From positions 3,072,001 through 3,136,000 of the forward strand of contig OZ243938.1 of the NCBI GenBank assembly GCA_965214095.1: 64,000 nucleotides of DNA, in the 5' to 3' direction. Below are positions 1 through 8,776 of this stretch, one piece after another (the stretch's first letter is position 1; every line of letters starts with the position of its first letter). A program made the position numbers and the translations under genes. The notes under the pieces were generated by a model. That model did not search any database and had not been told where the DNA came from. It was given only the letters and a program-made list of their open reading frames with translations. The DNA is from Candidatus Poribacteria bacterium (lineage in GTDB: Bacteria; Poribacteria; WGA-4E; WGA-3G).

Positions 1-257
1 ATGTTCATGATAGGAACTGGCCAAAAAAGTCCATTCGGCAGTTTCATTTCGGATGCAACACTTACCGCTTCGGCTATGTTCATATATCCAGACAACGGTG
101 TAAAGTAACCCGATGCAAGCATTACGGCTGATGCAGCTGCTCCTGAACTGATTAGGACAGATGGAAGGTTATCCGCCTCTTTTATCAGTTCAGCACGTTC
201 CGCATCATCCGATACGTAAAGGGGTGTTAAGGTTTCGGCTCCATGTGGTTTAATCAT
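1..257 (-). CDS. sat: Sulfate adenylyltransferase (ATP sulfurylase), 5' part; runs off the window start
   Basis: Manual translation from ATG 257 (RBS AAGGAG upstream): MIKPHGAETLTPLYVSDDAERAELIKEADNLPSVLISSGAAASAVMLASGYFTPLSGYMN...GLFWPVPIMN, a recognisable Sat N-terminus (GYFxPLxGxM, FWPVPI). Absent from the ORF track because it is truncated. Confidence 0.85.
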   Translation of the reverse strand, partial: MIKPHGAETLTPLYVSDDAERAELIKEADNLPSVLISSGAAASAVMLASGYFTPLSGYMNIAEAVSVASEMKLPNGLFWPVPIMN

Positions 258-294
258 TAGTATCTCCTTAAATTATGTGTAAATAAAACCGTTA

Positions 295-2496
295 TCAATC
301 TTCAACTTCTATCTGTTCAACGATACATCCGTTCCATATCCAATGGATATGTCTCTTTGCAGTTTCAATCCGCTTTTTCGTTGTGTAAATCACGAGAGCA
401 ATATGTTCATTATTTACCTCTACAATGGCTTCTTTTTCAACCATTTTGTTGTTGGGAGGCACATAAAGTTTCTTTATAATTCGTTTGCCGTTTGCCAACA
501 TATTAACTTCATGTGTTGCTGCTTCTGCGGATTGAAAGATATTTGTTACCTTATATGTGCCATTCGGCAGGTCAATTCTGAAGGCTGCATCCTCTTTGCC
601 ATGCACAGAATCTCTTGTGAGTGGTGTCGTATTTTCTGGTGGTCCCAAATAAGCTGCACGAGGTGTGATTCGCCAGTTATCTTTATTTAACGGATCTCTC
701 GGATTCCACTCTGTATCCCATCCGTATTTGCCACTGATATACATAGTTTTCGGCGCGACAATATGATGATTCTCCTCTGCCTCTGCACTATCAGGCTGCA
801 TATCAAACCGTATTACCAGATTACCATCTTCTGTCTTGTTCCAAAGTTCAAGTTCAGGTTCAAGTGCTGATTTTCTTTTGAAAAGTTTCAGATGTTCTGT
901 TTGATGAATAATGTCATAGGTATCTTTGAGATCTGCAAACTCCTCTGTTTCTGGGTAGTTCCATGCAACAACATAATCAGCACGGATATAACTTAATCCT
1001 ACACTTTTTTGGTTGTTGCGATTTACCGGAAAATAGTCATAGTTTGCCTCATAGTTTGACATGTGAACGACATCATCAACATATACACCATAGAATGCTT
1101 GTGCATGGATATAGGGTGTGACATATTTGACTTCACCGAGTGCCTCAGATTTGTGTGCTTGTGCCACGCGTATAGCGTATGTGGTATGGGGTTCTATATA
1201 TTCTGTTCCTGAAACAAGTTCAGCAATTTCTGGTGATATCCGGGCATGGTCATAAGCCGTTCTGCCCCAATGAAGTAAAGCAAAAATAACAAGACAGGTT
1301 GTTATTGCATAACGTATGACTCCATGTCTATTCATAGATAGCAATGGTAGTAACTTCGGTCTCTCAGGATATAATTCCTTATCAGGTTGTGTTTCAAAAT
1401 CTGGAATAAGCAACCACGGTGCCACCATCAATAGAATATATATATGAATCCGATCATTAATCCACCCACCAGGTCCATAACCCCACGGTGCCTTCGCAAA
1501 CATATAAGTAAACAGTAATGCTATCAATAGAAACACATCTGTCTGTTTAATCCACTGTCTTCGGTATATCCTATAAATAATAGAAATTATAACGCCGATA
1601 CCTAAAATCACAAGCAATGAATAATTAACAGGAATATGCCAATCCGTAAAGTAAACAATTGACTTAACACCCCAAAAGTAATCCCAAATCCATTCCATAC
1701 CACGATGGCTTCCTGATTGATGCTGCTTAAGACTTTGCAGATAGTATTCCATCAAAACAAAATACATTGGTACCATATAAAGGAAGAAACCGAACAAAGG
1801 TTTGAGACTAACATTGAGACTAACAGTGAATTGTTTGCATGCTGTGAACCAATCTTTCTTCCGTTCCATCCATGCCTCAACCAAGGCGTTGATACCCCAT
1901 ATACATCCTGCTGCTACAGACATGCCTAACACTATTAATCCATAAGAAGCGATATGGGATAGATAAGTGAGTAACAACAATATGTATAAAATGCAGAGAT
2001 GTCTTACCTGTATATTTTCCTTGTGTTTCCACCAGAAACCGAAACTAAAAAAGAAAAAACTAATGCTCAGTGTAAAATTGTAGAATCCCATATAGAGAAG
2101 GTAGTTATATGCAAATGGAAAACCGATCCAAGCGTAAAGATACTTTGAATCCCGCTCTTTATGGACTGCACTGAGGAAATAGAAAAAGGCAATAGGGATT
2201 AATCCAACAGCAATTGTAAGGAATATTTTTTCGGACATCACAGGTGGAAAGATGTATAAGAGCGCAGCAAGGATTATATGTGACAACCAGTTCGGAAAGA
2301 TGGTAATGTTAAGTTTCCATGCATCACGTATTTTGTAGTTTTCATGTTGTCCATACTCTTTTAGTACAAGAGCATTGTAAACATGGCTCGGACCATCTTG
2401 AGATGGGAAATATGCAAAAATCCAAATCGGAAGGAGATGTAATATCAACAACACAACGAATAGGTGTTTCCAAGACAGGTTTCTCCAACTAAACAT
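295..2496 (-). CDS. Polytopic membrane protein, GT-C-like N-terminus with C-terminal beta-sandwich (carbohydrate-binding-like) domain
   Basis: 733 aa with many TM segments, DGPSH loop motif, MGFYNF; soluble C-terminus RFDMQP...KYGW...FRIDLPNGTYKVT. Confidence 0.6.
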   Translation of the reverse strand: MFSWRNLSWKHLFVVLLILHLLPIWIFAYFPSQDGPSHVYNALVLKEYGQHENYKIRDAWKLNITIFPNWLSHIILAALLYIFPPVMSEKIFLTIAVGLIPIAFFYFLSAVHKERDSKYLYAWIGFPFAYNYLLYMGFYNFTLSISFFFFSFGFWWKHKENIQVRHLCILYILLLLTYLSHIASYGLIVLGMSVAAGCIWGINALVEAWMERKKDWFTACKQFTVSLNVSLKPLFGFFLYMVPMYFVLMEYYLQSLKQHQSGSHRGMEWIWDYFWGVKSIVYFTDWHIPVNYSLLVILGIGVIISIIYRIYRRQWIKQTDVFLLIALLFTYMFAKAPWGYGPGGWINDRIHIYILLMVAPWLLIPDFETQPDKELYPERPKLLPLLSMNRHGVIRYAITTCLVIFALLHWGRTAYDHARISPEIAELVSGTEYIEPHTTYAIRVAQAHKSEALGEVKYVTPYIHAQAFYGVYVDDVVHMSNYEANYDYFPVNRNNQKSVGLSYIRADYVVAWNYPETEEFADLKDTYDIIHQTEHLKLFKRKSALEPELELWNKTEDGNLVIRFDMQPDSAEAEENHHIVAPKTMYISGKYGWDTEWNPRDPLNKDNWRITPRAAYLGPPENTTPLTRDSVHGKEDAAFRIDLPNGTYKVTNIFQSAEAATHEVNMLANGKRIIKKLYVPPNNKMVEKEAIVEVNNEHIALVIYTTKKRIETAKRHIHWIWNGCIVEQIEVED

Positions 2497-2523
2497 TTTT
2501 CACTCCAGATAATGTTTCGTCAC

Positions 2524-3192
2524 CTAAGTTTGTATATTCTCTTTAAAATAGAGACAGTGTTGTGTTAATGGACACTTCTCACATAAAGGTTTTCTTGCAT
2601 TACATATTTGCCTACCGAAATAGATGAGGTTCATGTGGAAAGAATATGTTTTTCCGTTAGGGATGATGGCAGGTAATTCAAGATGAGCCTTTTCTGCACT
2701 ACAATTCGGGGAGATTAATCCGAGTCGTTTTGAAATTCGGAGGATATGTGTATCAACGGGGAACACTTCTCTACCACAGGCAAATGAAAGTGTTACCGAG
2801 GCTGTTTTGATTCCGATTCCTTTATGTTGAATAAGGAATTCTAATGCATCCTCCGTTTTCATATCGTGGATAAATTCTAATGACAATTCATTATATTCAG
2901 TTTTGAGCCAAGATAGGAAGTTCTTAATAGTTTCGGTCTTCTGTCTCCCTAATCCTACAATCTTTATTGTTTCTTCAACGGCATTGGCATCTGCTCGTAA
3001 CACATCTTCCCAAGTCGGAAATTTCTCTCTAAGTTGTGCATATCCCTTATCACGACTGACATCAGTTGTGTTCTGTGACAGTATGGTCAGGATGAGACAT
3101 TCCAGGATATCTTCCGTGCCATCCCAAGTAGGGACACCGAGTAAATGTTCCAGTGTGTCCGATATGTATTGTGCTTTCTGATGTAAATTCAA
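2524..3192 (-). CDS. nth: Endonuclease III-family HhH-GPD DNA glycosylase
   Basis: LSQNTTD, HhH KGIGIKTA, FPVDTH, Fe-S motif CNARKPLCEKCPLTQHC; TTG start. Confidence 0.85.
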   Translation of the reverse strand: MNLHQKAQYISDTLEHLLGVPTWDGTEDILECLILTILSQNTTDVSRDKGYAQLREKFPTWEDVLRADANAVEETIKIVGLGRQKTETIKNFLSWLKTEYNELSLEFIHDMKTEDALEFLIQHKGIGIKTASVTLSFACGREVFPVDTHILRISKRLGLISPNCSAEKAHLELPAIIPNGKTYSFHMNLIYFGRQICNARKPLCEKCPLTQHCLYFKENIQT

Positions 3193-3280
3193 GGATAGAT
3201 TCCATTCTAATGTTTTTATTATTATATCACAAAATGAAAAAATAGCAAATATTTCTATGGTGCACTCAACAACAGAACTC

Positions 3281-3309
3281 TTGCCAATTTAAAGAAAACA
3301 TGGTATTAT
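3281..3309 (+). promoter_or_regulatory. Putative sigma70 promoter for ORF 3344
   Basis: TTGCCA(3281)-17 nt-TATTAT(3304) with TG extension; GGAGG RBS before ATG 3344. Confidence 0.4.
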
Positions 3310-3343
3310 CCTATTAATACTAATTCTGCTTGGAGGTCTGATA

Positions 3344-4564
3344 ATGCGTTTTGCTCGTTTCCTGACAACAACGACTGTTTTACTTTTACTTATTAGTTTT
3401 TATGTTTCATCCCCTTCCCACGGTTTTATTGAACGTGAGTTTACGATACGCGAAGTGCTTGATGCATGTACAAATATTGTGTTCGGAGAAGTCCAAGTTG
3501 CCAATGCTCGCAGGTTACAAGCTATCATTACTGTTAAAGAAGATGTAAAAGGCAAAAGTAATTTAAAAGAAATAAAAATGAATTTTGCTACAGGACAATA
3601 TAAACAGAACACTTCACCCCAAATAATGGCCCGTTTGCTAAAAGAGGGTATGCCAATAATTGTGTTCTATCGTGAACAATACGGTATTGATAGTATGTGT
3701 TTCATTGATAATACCTGGTTTCAGATGCGTAGTTATCAGGGCAGACGTAACAGGCTTGAAAGAAACAGTGGTGCATCTTGGTGGAGTTTCACACATATTG
3801 ACCCAATGATGAAACGCACGTATGATGGAAAGACAAAGGATTTTCAGAAAGTTGTTCGTGATATGTTAGCAGGTAAAATGTGGGTCACTGCCCCAAAAAA
3901 CGGGGTAAAAGTTCTCGTCTTAACTGGAAATAGCACCCCTACGACTTGGGGGCAATCTCATGTCCACACAAACACAATGACTTATGAATACAAGGCACTA
4001 CGCAATGTGAAGACGGCTGGAAAACGTCCAATGGCTTATGAATCTACAAAAATGCGTACGTTACCAAACCTAAAAGATGCAGATCTTTTATGGCTCGGAT
4101 ACGAAGAAATATCAAGCTACGGGAGACATCTTCTATCTACTGGGACAGAGAAAAAAATAAAAGACTTCGTCAAAAATGGCGGTATTGTCGTCGTTGCAGG
4201 ACAAGACAGTACAATGCGTAGACCTTGTGGAATCGGATGGTTGCAAGGTAATTTGAAAGGCGTTGAAAGTCCACCAGATAGACATTTTGTGATTATAGAC
4301 AATTCTGAACCCGTATTTTCCACCCCGCACAGAATCCGATCCGGCACACTGTTTATTGATGATGCATGGGTGGAATGGGAAGAAAACGATCAAGTATTTG
4401 CAACTACAAAAGAACGTAATGAACTTGTAGTCGGTGCACGAAAGTATGGAAAAGGGCTATATATCATTACAAGCCTTCGCAATGATACACAGTATACAGT
4501 TTCCAACAACAAACTGCTAATGGAAAACATCCTTCATTATGCTGTGAAGACGCTTAAGAAATGA
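3344..4564 (+). CDS. Secreted hypothetical protein; C-terminal half resembles a class I glutamine-amidotransferase-like fold
   Basis: 406 aa, signal peptide, GGAGG RBS, IKDFVKNGGIVVV and YGKGLYII patterns. Confidence 0.6.
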   Translation: MRFARFLTTTTVLLLLISFYVSSPSHGFIEREFTIREVLDACTNIVFGEVQVANARRLQAIITVKEDVKGKSNLKEIKMNFATGQYKQNTSPQIMARLLKEGMPIIVFYREQYGIDSMCFIDNTWFQMRSYQGRRNRLERNSGASWWSFTHIDPMMKRTYDGKTKDFQKVVRDMLAGKMWVTAPKNGVKVLVLTGNSTPTTWGQSHVHTNTMTYEYKALRNVKTAGKRPMAYESTKMRTLPNLKDADLLWLGYEEISSYGRHLLSTGTEKKIKDFVKNGGIVVVAGQDSTMRRPCGIGWLQGNLKGVESPPDRHFVIIDNSEPVFSTPHRIRSGTLFIDDAWVEWEENDQVFATTKERNELVVGARKYGKGLYIITSLRNDTQYTVSNNKLLMENILHYAVKTLKK

Positions 4565-4576
4565 TGTTATACACGC

Positions 4577-4663
4577 TATAGAAATTTCGTCCACGGTAGG
4601 CGAGGTTTCCTAACCTCGCAGATGCAGAGTGTTCAAGTAATTTCAATTTCAAAATCTACTATA
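4577..4663. mobile_element. Small MITE-like element with TATAG ends carrying a GTAG-type REP hairpin
   Basis: Ends TATAGAAATTTC...AAAATCTACTATA; internal GTAG-GCGAGGTT-TCCT-AACCTCGC (4596-4619); right arm CAAGTAATT...ACTATA resembles the right end of the 20834 element. Confidence 0.55.
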
Positions 4664-4669
4664 TACGTC

Positions 4670-5851
4670 TTATAGAAATTTTGTCACCACTAATGTGATG
4701 TCATCATGTAGGTTTTCACCTTGTTGATATGCTTCAAGATCGGCTAATATCTCAGTCCTAATTTCAACTGGAGATAGGGAGCGATTTTTAACTAGCAGGT
4801 CCTTTAAACGTTCAATCCCATACATCTCAGCATCTGCATTAAATGCTTCAGTGATACCATCAGAATAAAGCACAAGAAAGTCACCGGGTTCCCATGTAGT
4901 TTCTGTACTATGGTAGTGAGTCACTGCATCTTGATCTGGTAATGCAATACCTACTGGCGTAAATTGCGAGTCTAATTCAATGAATTCATCACTCTTCATC
5001 CGATAAAGAAGCATTGAAGGGTGTCCCGCGTTGGCAAATTCAAGTCGATTGTCCTGATGGATAATCACATAACAACATGTCATATAGATAAAGGTCTGTG
5101 CATCTTCCTCCGTGACGCGTTTTACGGCTTGCATTACCTCTGGTACCGATGCATCAAACCGTATTTGTGTCTGAATGCCACTTTTAGTCATCGCTGCGAC
5201 CATCGCAGAATGAAACCCATGCCCCATCACATCACCGATAAAAATTCCAACCTGTTCATTTGGCAGATAGAGATAATCATAATAATCCCCACCGACATTG
5301 TTCGTTGGTTGGCAATATCCGGCAGAAGTAATACACGAATGTTTAATCTCTTCGTTTGGCAAGATTGATTGCTGTACCTGCGCTGCGAGTCGCATAGACT
5401 CCTCTTGGGCGATCTCTTTGCGAATGGCACCCATCTGAACTTCAAGATCATTCCGTATCTTATTATTGAGAACCCGAAACATACCTCTACCAATCAGCGG
5501 AATGCGGGCTAATGCTTGGAAAAAATCGTCACGATCAATACGCAGCAGACGTGTTAAAGTGCACGTTTTAATCGTTGCACTTCTCGGTTTATCGTCAATC
5601 AGCGCAACTTCACCGAAACAATATCCCTTCTCTTTAAATGATAATACTTCTGTTTCAGCTTTGATGATGCTGATTTCGCCATCTACCAAAAAGTAAAGTG
5701 AATCTCCTTCCGCACCTTCCTTAAAAATAGTGTGACTTTTAGGGAAAACTATTTCATGGGCAATGTCGCTAATAGATTCTATATCTGCTATTGAGAGTTC
5801 TGCAAAAAGTTCAGTCTGTTTTAGAAACGTGCTTTTCTCTTTGGCTAACAT
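4670..5851 (-). CDS. cNMP-binding domain / SpoIIE (PP2C) family phosphatase
   Basis: FGEVALIDDKPRSAT (cNMP); VGGDYYD, GDVMGHG, NAGHP, LYSDGITEA, DDIT (PP2C). Start placed at ATG 5851 behind GAGG. Confidence 0.9.
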   Translation of the reverse strand: MLAKEKSTFLKQTELFAELSIADIESISDIAHEIVFPKSHTIFKEGAEGDSLYFLVDGEISIIKAETEVLSFKEKGYCFGEVALIDDKPRSATIKTCTLTRLLRIDRDDFFQALARIPLIGRGMFRVLNNKIRNDLEVQMGAIRKEIAQEESMRLAAQVQQSILPNEEIKHSCITSAGYCQPTNNVGGDYYDYLYLPNEQVGIFIGDVMGHGFHSAMVAAMTKSGIQTQIRFDASVPEVMQAVKRVTEEDAQTFIYMTCCYVIIHQDNRLEFANAGHPSMLLYRMKSDEFIELDSQFTPVGIALPDQDAVTHYHSTETTWEPGDFLVLYSDGITEAFNADAEMYGIERLKDLLVKNRSLSPVEIRTEILADLEAYQQGENLHDDITLVVTKFL

Positions 5852-6095
5852 AAACACAAATATCCTCGGCAATGTGCTTTATTGAGTATTATTTGAAAGA
5901 AATATTCAACTATCGGTTTTATTTAGCAATCGTGGTATTATATCCAACCTACCTGTATTTGTCAAACCTGTTTTTGCCTAAACTCATTAGACATATCTTG
6001 CACAATTGTTCATTGCATAGTATCATTATTTGAATAATGACTTAATGTGACAATTGCATGTTACCATCAATTCACACCAATACTGGAGCACATCT

Positions 6096-6707
6096 ATGAT
6101 CTCAGTCTACAAAATAAAACCTTGGTTTCAACAATTACTAAAACCGGTACTGACAACACTCCATAAAATCGGTTTCACGCCCAACGCTATCACTTGGATG
6201 GCAATACTATTGTCAGCAGTCATCGGTGTTCTATTATGGTTCTATCCTAATGGTGCTATGCTCTGGATATTTGCTGTCGCTTTATTAGTAAGAATGACGT
6301 TGAACGCACTTGATGGGATGATGGCGAAAATGTATAACATGACAAGCACTTCAGGTGAAATACTAAATGAACTTGGTGATGTCATATCCGATGCTGTCAT
6401 GTTTTTCCCGCTGATAAAACTTACTGGGGTCAACTTCTGGTGGGTGCTGTTGTTTATGTTCCTCTCTATGCTAAATGAATTCATCGGAGTCCTAACGAAA
6501 GCTGCGACAGGTACAAGAAGATACGACGGTCCAATGGGTAAGAGTGATAGAGCCTTAATATTGGGGATTACTTGTTTGCTGTTCTTCTTTTGGGAAAAGG
6601 TATCGTTAGCTTTCAATTACATTTTCATTGGAATGAGTATCCTGTTATTATTGAGTTCTGCAATTCGAATTAAAAATGGATTAAAACAAATCGGGAGTGC
6701 TGAATGA
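6096..6707 (+). CDS. CDP-alcohol phosphatidyltransferase family protein (YnbA-like)
   Basis: NALDGMMA...GEILNELGDVISD signature, RRYDGPMGKSDRA; ATG 6096 after GGAG. Confidence 0.9.
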   Translation: MISVYKIKPWFQQLLKPVLTTLHKIGFTPNAITWMAILLSAVIGVLLWFYPNGAMLWIFAVALLVRMTLNALDGMMAKMYNMTSTSGEILNELGDVISDAVMFFPLIKLTGVNFWWVLLFMFLSMLNEFIGVLTKAATGTRRYDGPMGKSDRALILGITCLLFFFWEKVSLAFNYIFIGMSILLLLSSAIRIKNGLKQIGSAE

Positions 6708-7660
6708 ATATACTAAATTTGCTTATAGTTCAACAAAAGGAAATTGCATTAGTTATCGGTTTGATTTTCGGAATTCTCGTTTTTGCATCCTTTCTTTTCT
6801 GGATTTTGGGAAAAGTAAAACCAAAAACCGACCTATCTGAATTAGTCATGAGAACCAAATCGTGGTGGGTAATGGCTATTATCTTTGTTTTGGCTATCAT
6901 TTTACATCCTGTTATCACCTTTATCTCTTTAGGGTTGTTGTCTTTTCTTGCGTTGCGAGAATTATCAACAATAAGCAAAAACGTCAGAGAATCAGATCGA
7001 AAGGTATTGATATGGTGCTTCTTGAGCATTCCATTCCAATATTATTTTGCATACATCGGACAATACAGCCTGTTTATCATCTTCATTCCTGTGTTTATGT
7101 ATCTATGGATCGCATTTATGCTGGTGATAATCGGTGAAACAGAGGATATTAGCCGTTCCATGAGTGTCCTACCTGCCCAATTGATGCTTACCGTTTTTGG
7201 TATCAGTCATCTGGCATTTCTGGTTTCATTGCCTGATATTGATGGCTTTGACGCAGGAGGTAGAGCTCTACTGTTGTTCATTGTTTTCATAACAGAAATG
7301 AACGATGTCTTCCAGTTCACATGGGGAAAGTTACTTGGAAGATTTAAGGTCATTCCAAAGGTCAGTCCGAATAAAACTTGGGAAGGATTGATAGGAGGCG
7401 TTATTACTTCGGTAATTGTTGGTTACTTTTTGCGTTTCTTAACACCATTCTCCGAAATTGAAATTTTGATCACTTGTGGCATAGTAGCAATTACCGGTTT
7501 TGTCGGTGATGTCGTTGTTTCTGCTATTAAGAGAGATATAGGTCTAAAAGATACAGGAGAAGCAATTCCCGGTCATGGTGGGATTTTAGACAGAATTGAT
7601 TCGCTTGCTGTCACGGGACCAGTGTTCTTTCATATTGTGTATAACCTATATTACCTCTGA
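6704..7660 (+). CDS. Phosphatidate cytidylyltransferase (CdsA/YnbB-like)
   Basis: SPNKTWEG, KRDIGLKDTG..IPGHGGILDRIDS; ATGA overlap with the upstream gene. Confidence 0.9.
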   Translation: MNILNLLIVQQKEIALVIGLIFGILVFASFLFWILGKVKPKTDLSELVMRTKSWWVMAIIFVLAIILHPVITFISLGLLSFLALRELSTISKNVRESDRKVLIWCFLSIPFQYYFAYIGQYSLFIIFIPVFMYLWIAFMLVIIGETEDISRSMSVLPAQLMLTVFGISHLAFLVSLPDIDGFDAGGRALLLFIVFITEMNDVFQFTWGKLLGRFKVIPKVSPNKTWEGLIGGVITSVIVGYFLRFLTPFSEIEILITCGIVAITGFVGDVVVSAIKRDIGLKDTGEAIPGHGGILDRIDSLAVTGPVFFHIVYNLYYL

Positions 7661-7702
7661 CATATTCCCACGCCTAAAGGTGGAGGGTTCTTTGTTCTTA
7701 CA
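7658..7702 (-). mobile_element. IS200/IS605-type end hairpin (single-hairpin, PATE-like remnant)
   Basis: Minus strand: GTTAA|TGTAAGAACAAAGAACCCTCCACC-TTTA-GGCGTGGGAATATGTCA, a subterminal hairpin ending in TGTCA. Confidence 0.5.
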
Positions 7703-7777
7703 TTAACGACTTGTGCTAGTTACGTAATAGTTTAGTTATTTTTCACAACTGTTCATATTTTAGTTGATACTTTCAGG

Positions 7778-7848
7778 AAATTGGTAATTTTTTCCGTACA
7801 CGAATCTTGTCTATGACTGGGTTTTTCCGATCAAAAAATTACCAATTT
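7778..7848. repeat. 16-bp perfect inverted repeat (MITE-like)
   Basis: AAATTGGTAATTTTTT (7778-7793) / AAAAAATTACCAATTT (7833-7848). Confidence 0.6.
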
Positions 7849-7860
7849 TACCAATTAGTA

Positions 7861-7942
7861 ATACCATTTCTAATAAAGAATAGTTTATTATGAGATTGTG
7901 AATTCAGACTAAGACAGAGAAAATCAATTTTAGAAATGGTAT
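7861..7942. repeat. 13-bp perfect inverted repeat (MITE-like)
   Basis: ATACCATTTCTAA (7861-7873) / TTAGAAATGGTAT (7930-7942). Confidence 0.55.
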
Positions 7943-7975
7943 AATTTGACAAGATATTGTAGTTCACAAATTAGG

Positions 7976-8073
7976 GGAGGGTACTAAAAAAGTGACCTTA
8001 TGTATATTTGGCTAAATTGCGTAGACATAGGCTTTACGGTATGTTTGCGTTTTTCAAAATTTTAGTACGCTGC
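7976..8073. repeat. Imperfect 14-bp inverted repeat (MITE-like)
   Basis: GGAGGGTACTAAAA versus the reverse complement of the right end, GCAGCGTACTAAAA (12/14 match). Confidence 0.4.
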
Positions 8074-8149
8074 TTATTGAGTAACAGCAGAATGGCTACA
8101 GAAATGTCTTACCTTGAATTTCAGTAATAATATCCTTGTTTTTTCTCTA

Positions 8150-8616
8150 ACTATAGTTTGGACAGTTTTTTGAGGATTTGAACAGTGCTCTGGACAAGGA
8201 GCATCACAGTCATCATATCTATTTCTTGAATGATACACCTATCGCCCCGCTGGGGCTTGCATTGGTCGGGGCACATTTTCTATACACCATAGGCGTCAAT
8301 TTAGCGTCCTTCCAAGTACCGGTAGGTTCGGTTTCCTAACCGAACCGGCTTTGTGCTAAATACCTTCATAGAGGTTCTCGCGTAGGATCCGGTTCGGTTA
8401 GGAAACCGAACCTACCGTCCTGGGGAAAACGCCTAATTTACACTAAATTGACGCCCATGGGGCACATTTTTCTATACACATTCCGCCCCGCTGGGGCTGC
8501 TCATTTTGATGTTTTCACACTTTTTCATCAAAGTATTATCCTATCCAAAACTCACAATATATTGCAAATGCCAGCAATATCAGTATGTAACCAAGAGAAA
8601 TTGTCCAAACTATAGT
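8150..8616. mobile_element. Nested MITE/REP composite
   Basis: Outer 15-bp TIR ACTATAGTTTGGACA (8150-8164/8602-8616); direct repeats CGCCCCGCTGGGGCT (8243, 8484) and GGGGCACATTTT(T)CTATACAC (8268, 8459); inner 17-bp TIR (8288-8304/8443-8459); central 29-bp perfect REP dimer (8320-8348/8389-8417). Confidence 0.75.
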
Positions 8617-8652
8617 AAAACTAAATAACCCTACTAAATAGTCTTGCAATTC

Positions 8653-8681
8653 TTGACTTTTAATCCCAAATATGTTAAACT
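8653..8681 (+). promoter_or_regulatory. Putative sigma70 promoter of the elbD-like operon
   Basis: TTGACT-17 nt-TAAACT with TG extension. Confidence 0.5.
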
Positions 8682-8776
8682 ACATTTACTTGAATGGAAC
8701 ACCTCAAATCCACACGCTATGTTAACAACAACACAATTCTGTTGACAGACAAAAATAAAAACGTCACAAGGATAAT

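Noticed and set aside
8233-8498. Direct repeats CGCCCCGCTGGGGCT and GGGGCACATTTTCTATACAC as a CRISPR array
   Set aside because: Only two copies of each, irregular spacing and no cas genes; better explained as nested REP/MITE repeats.
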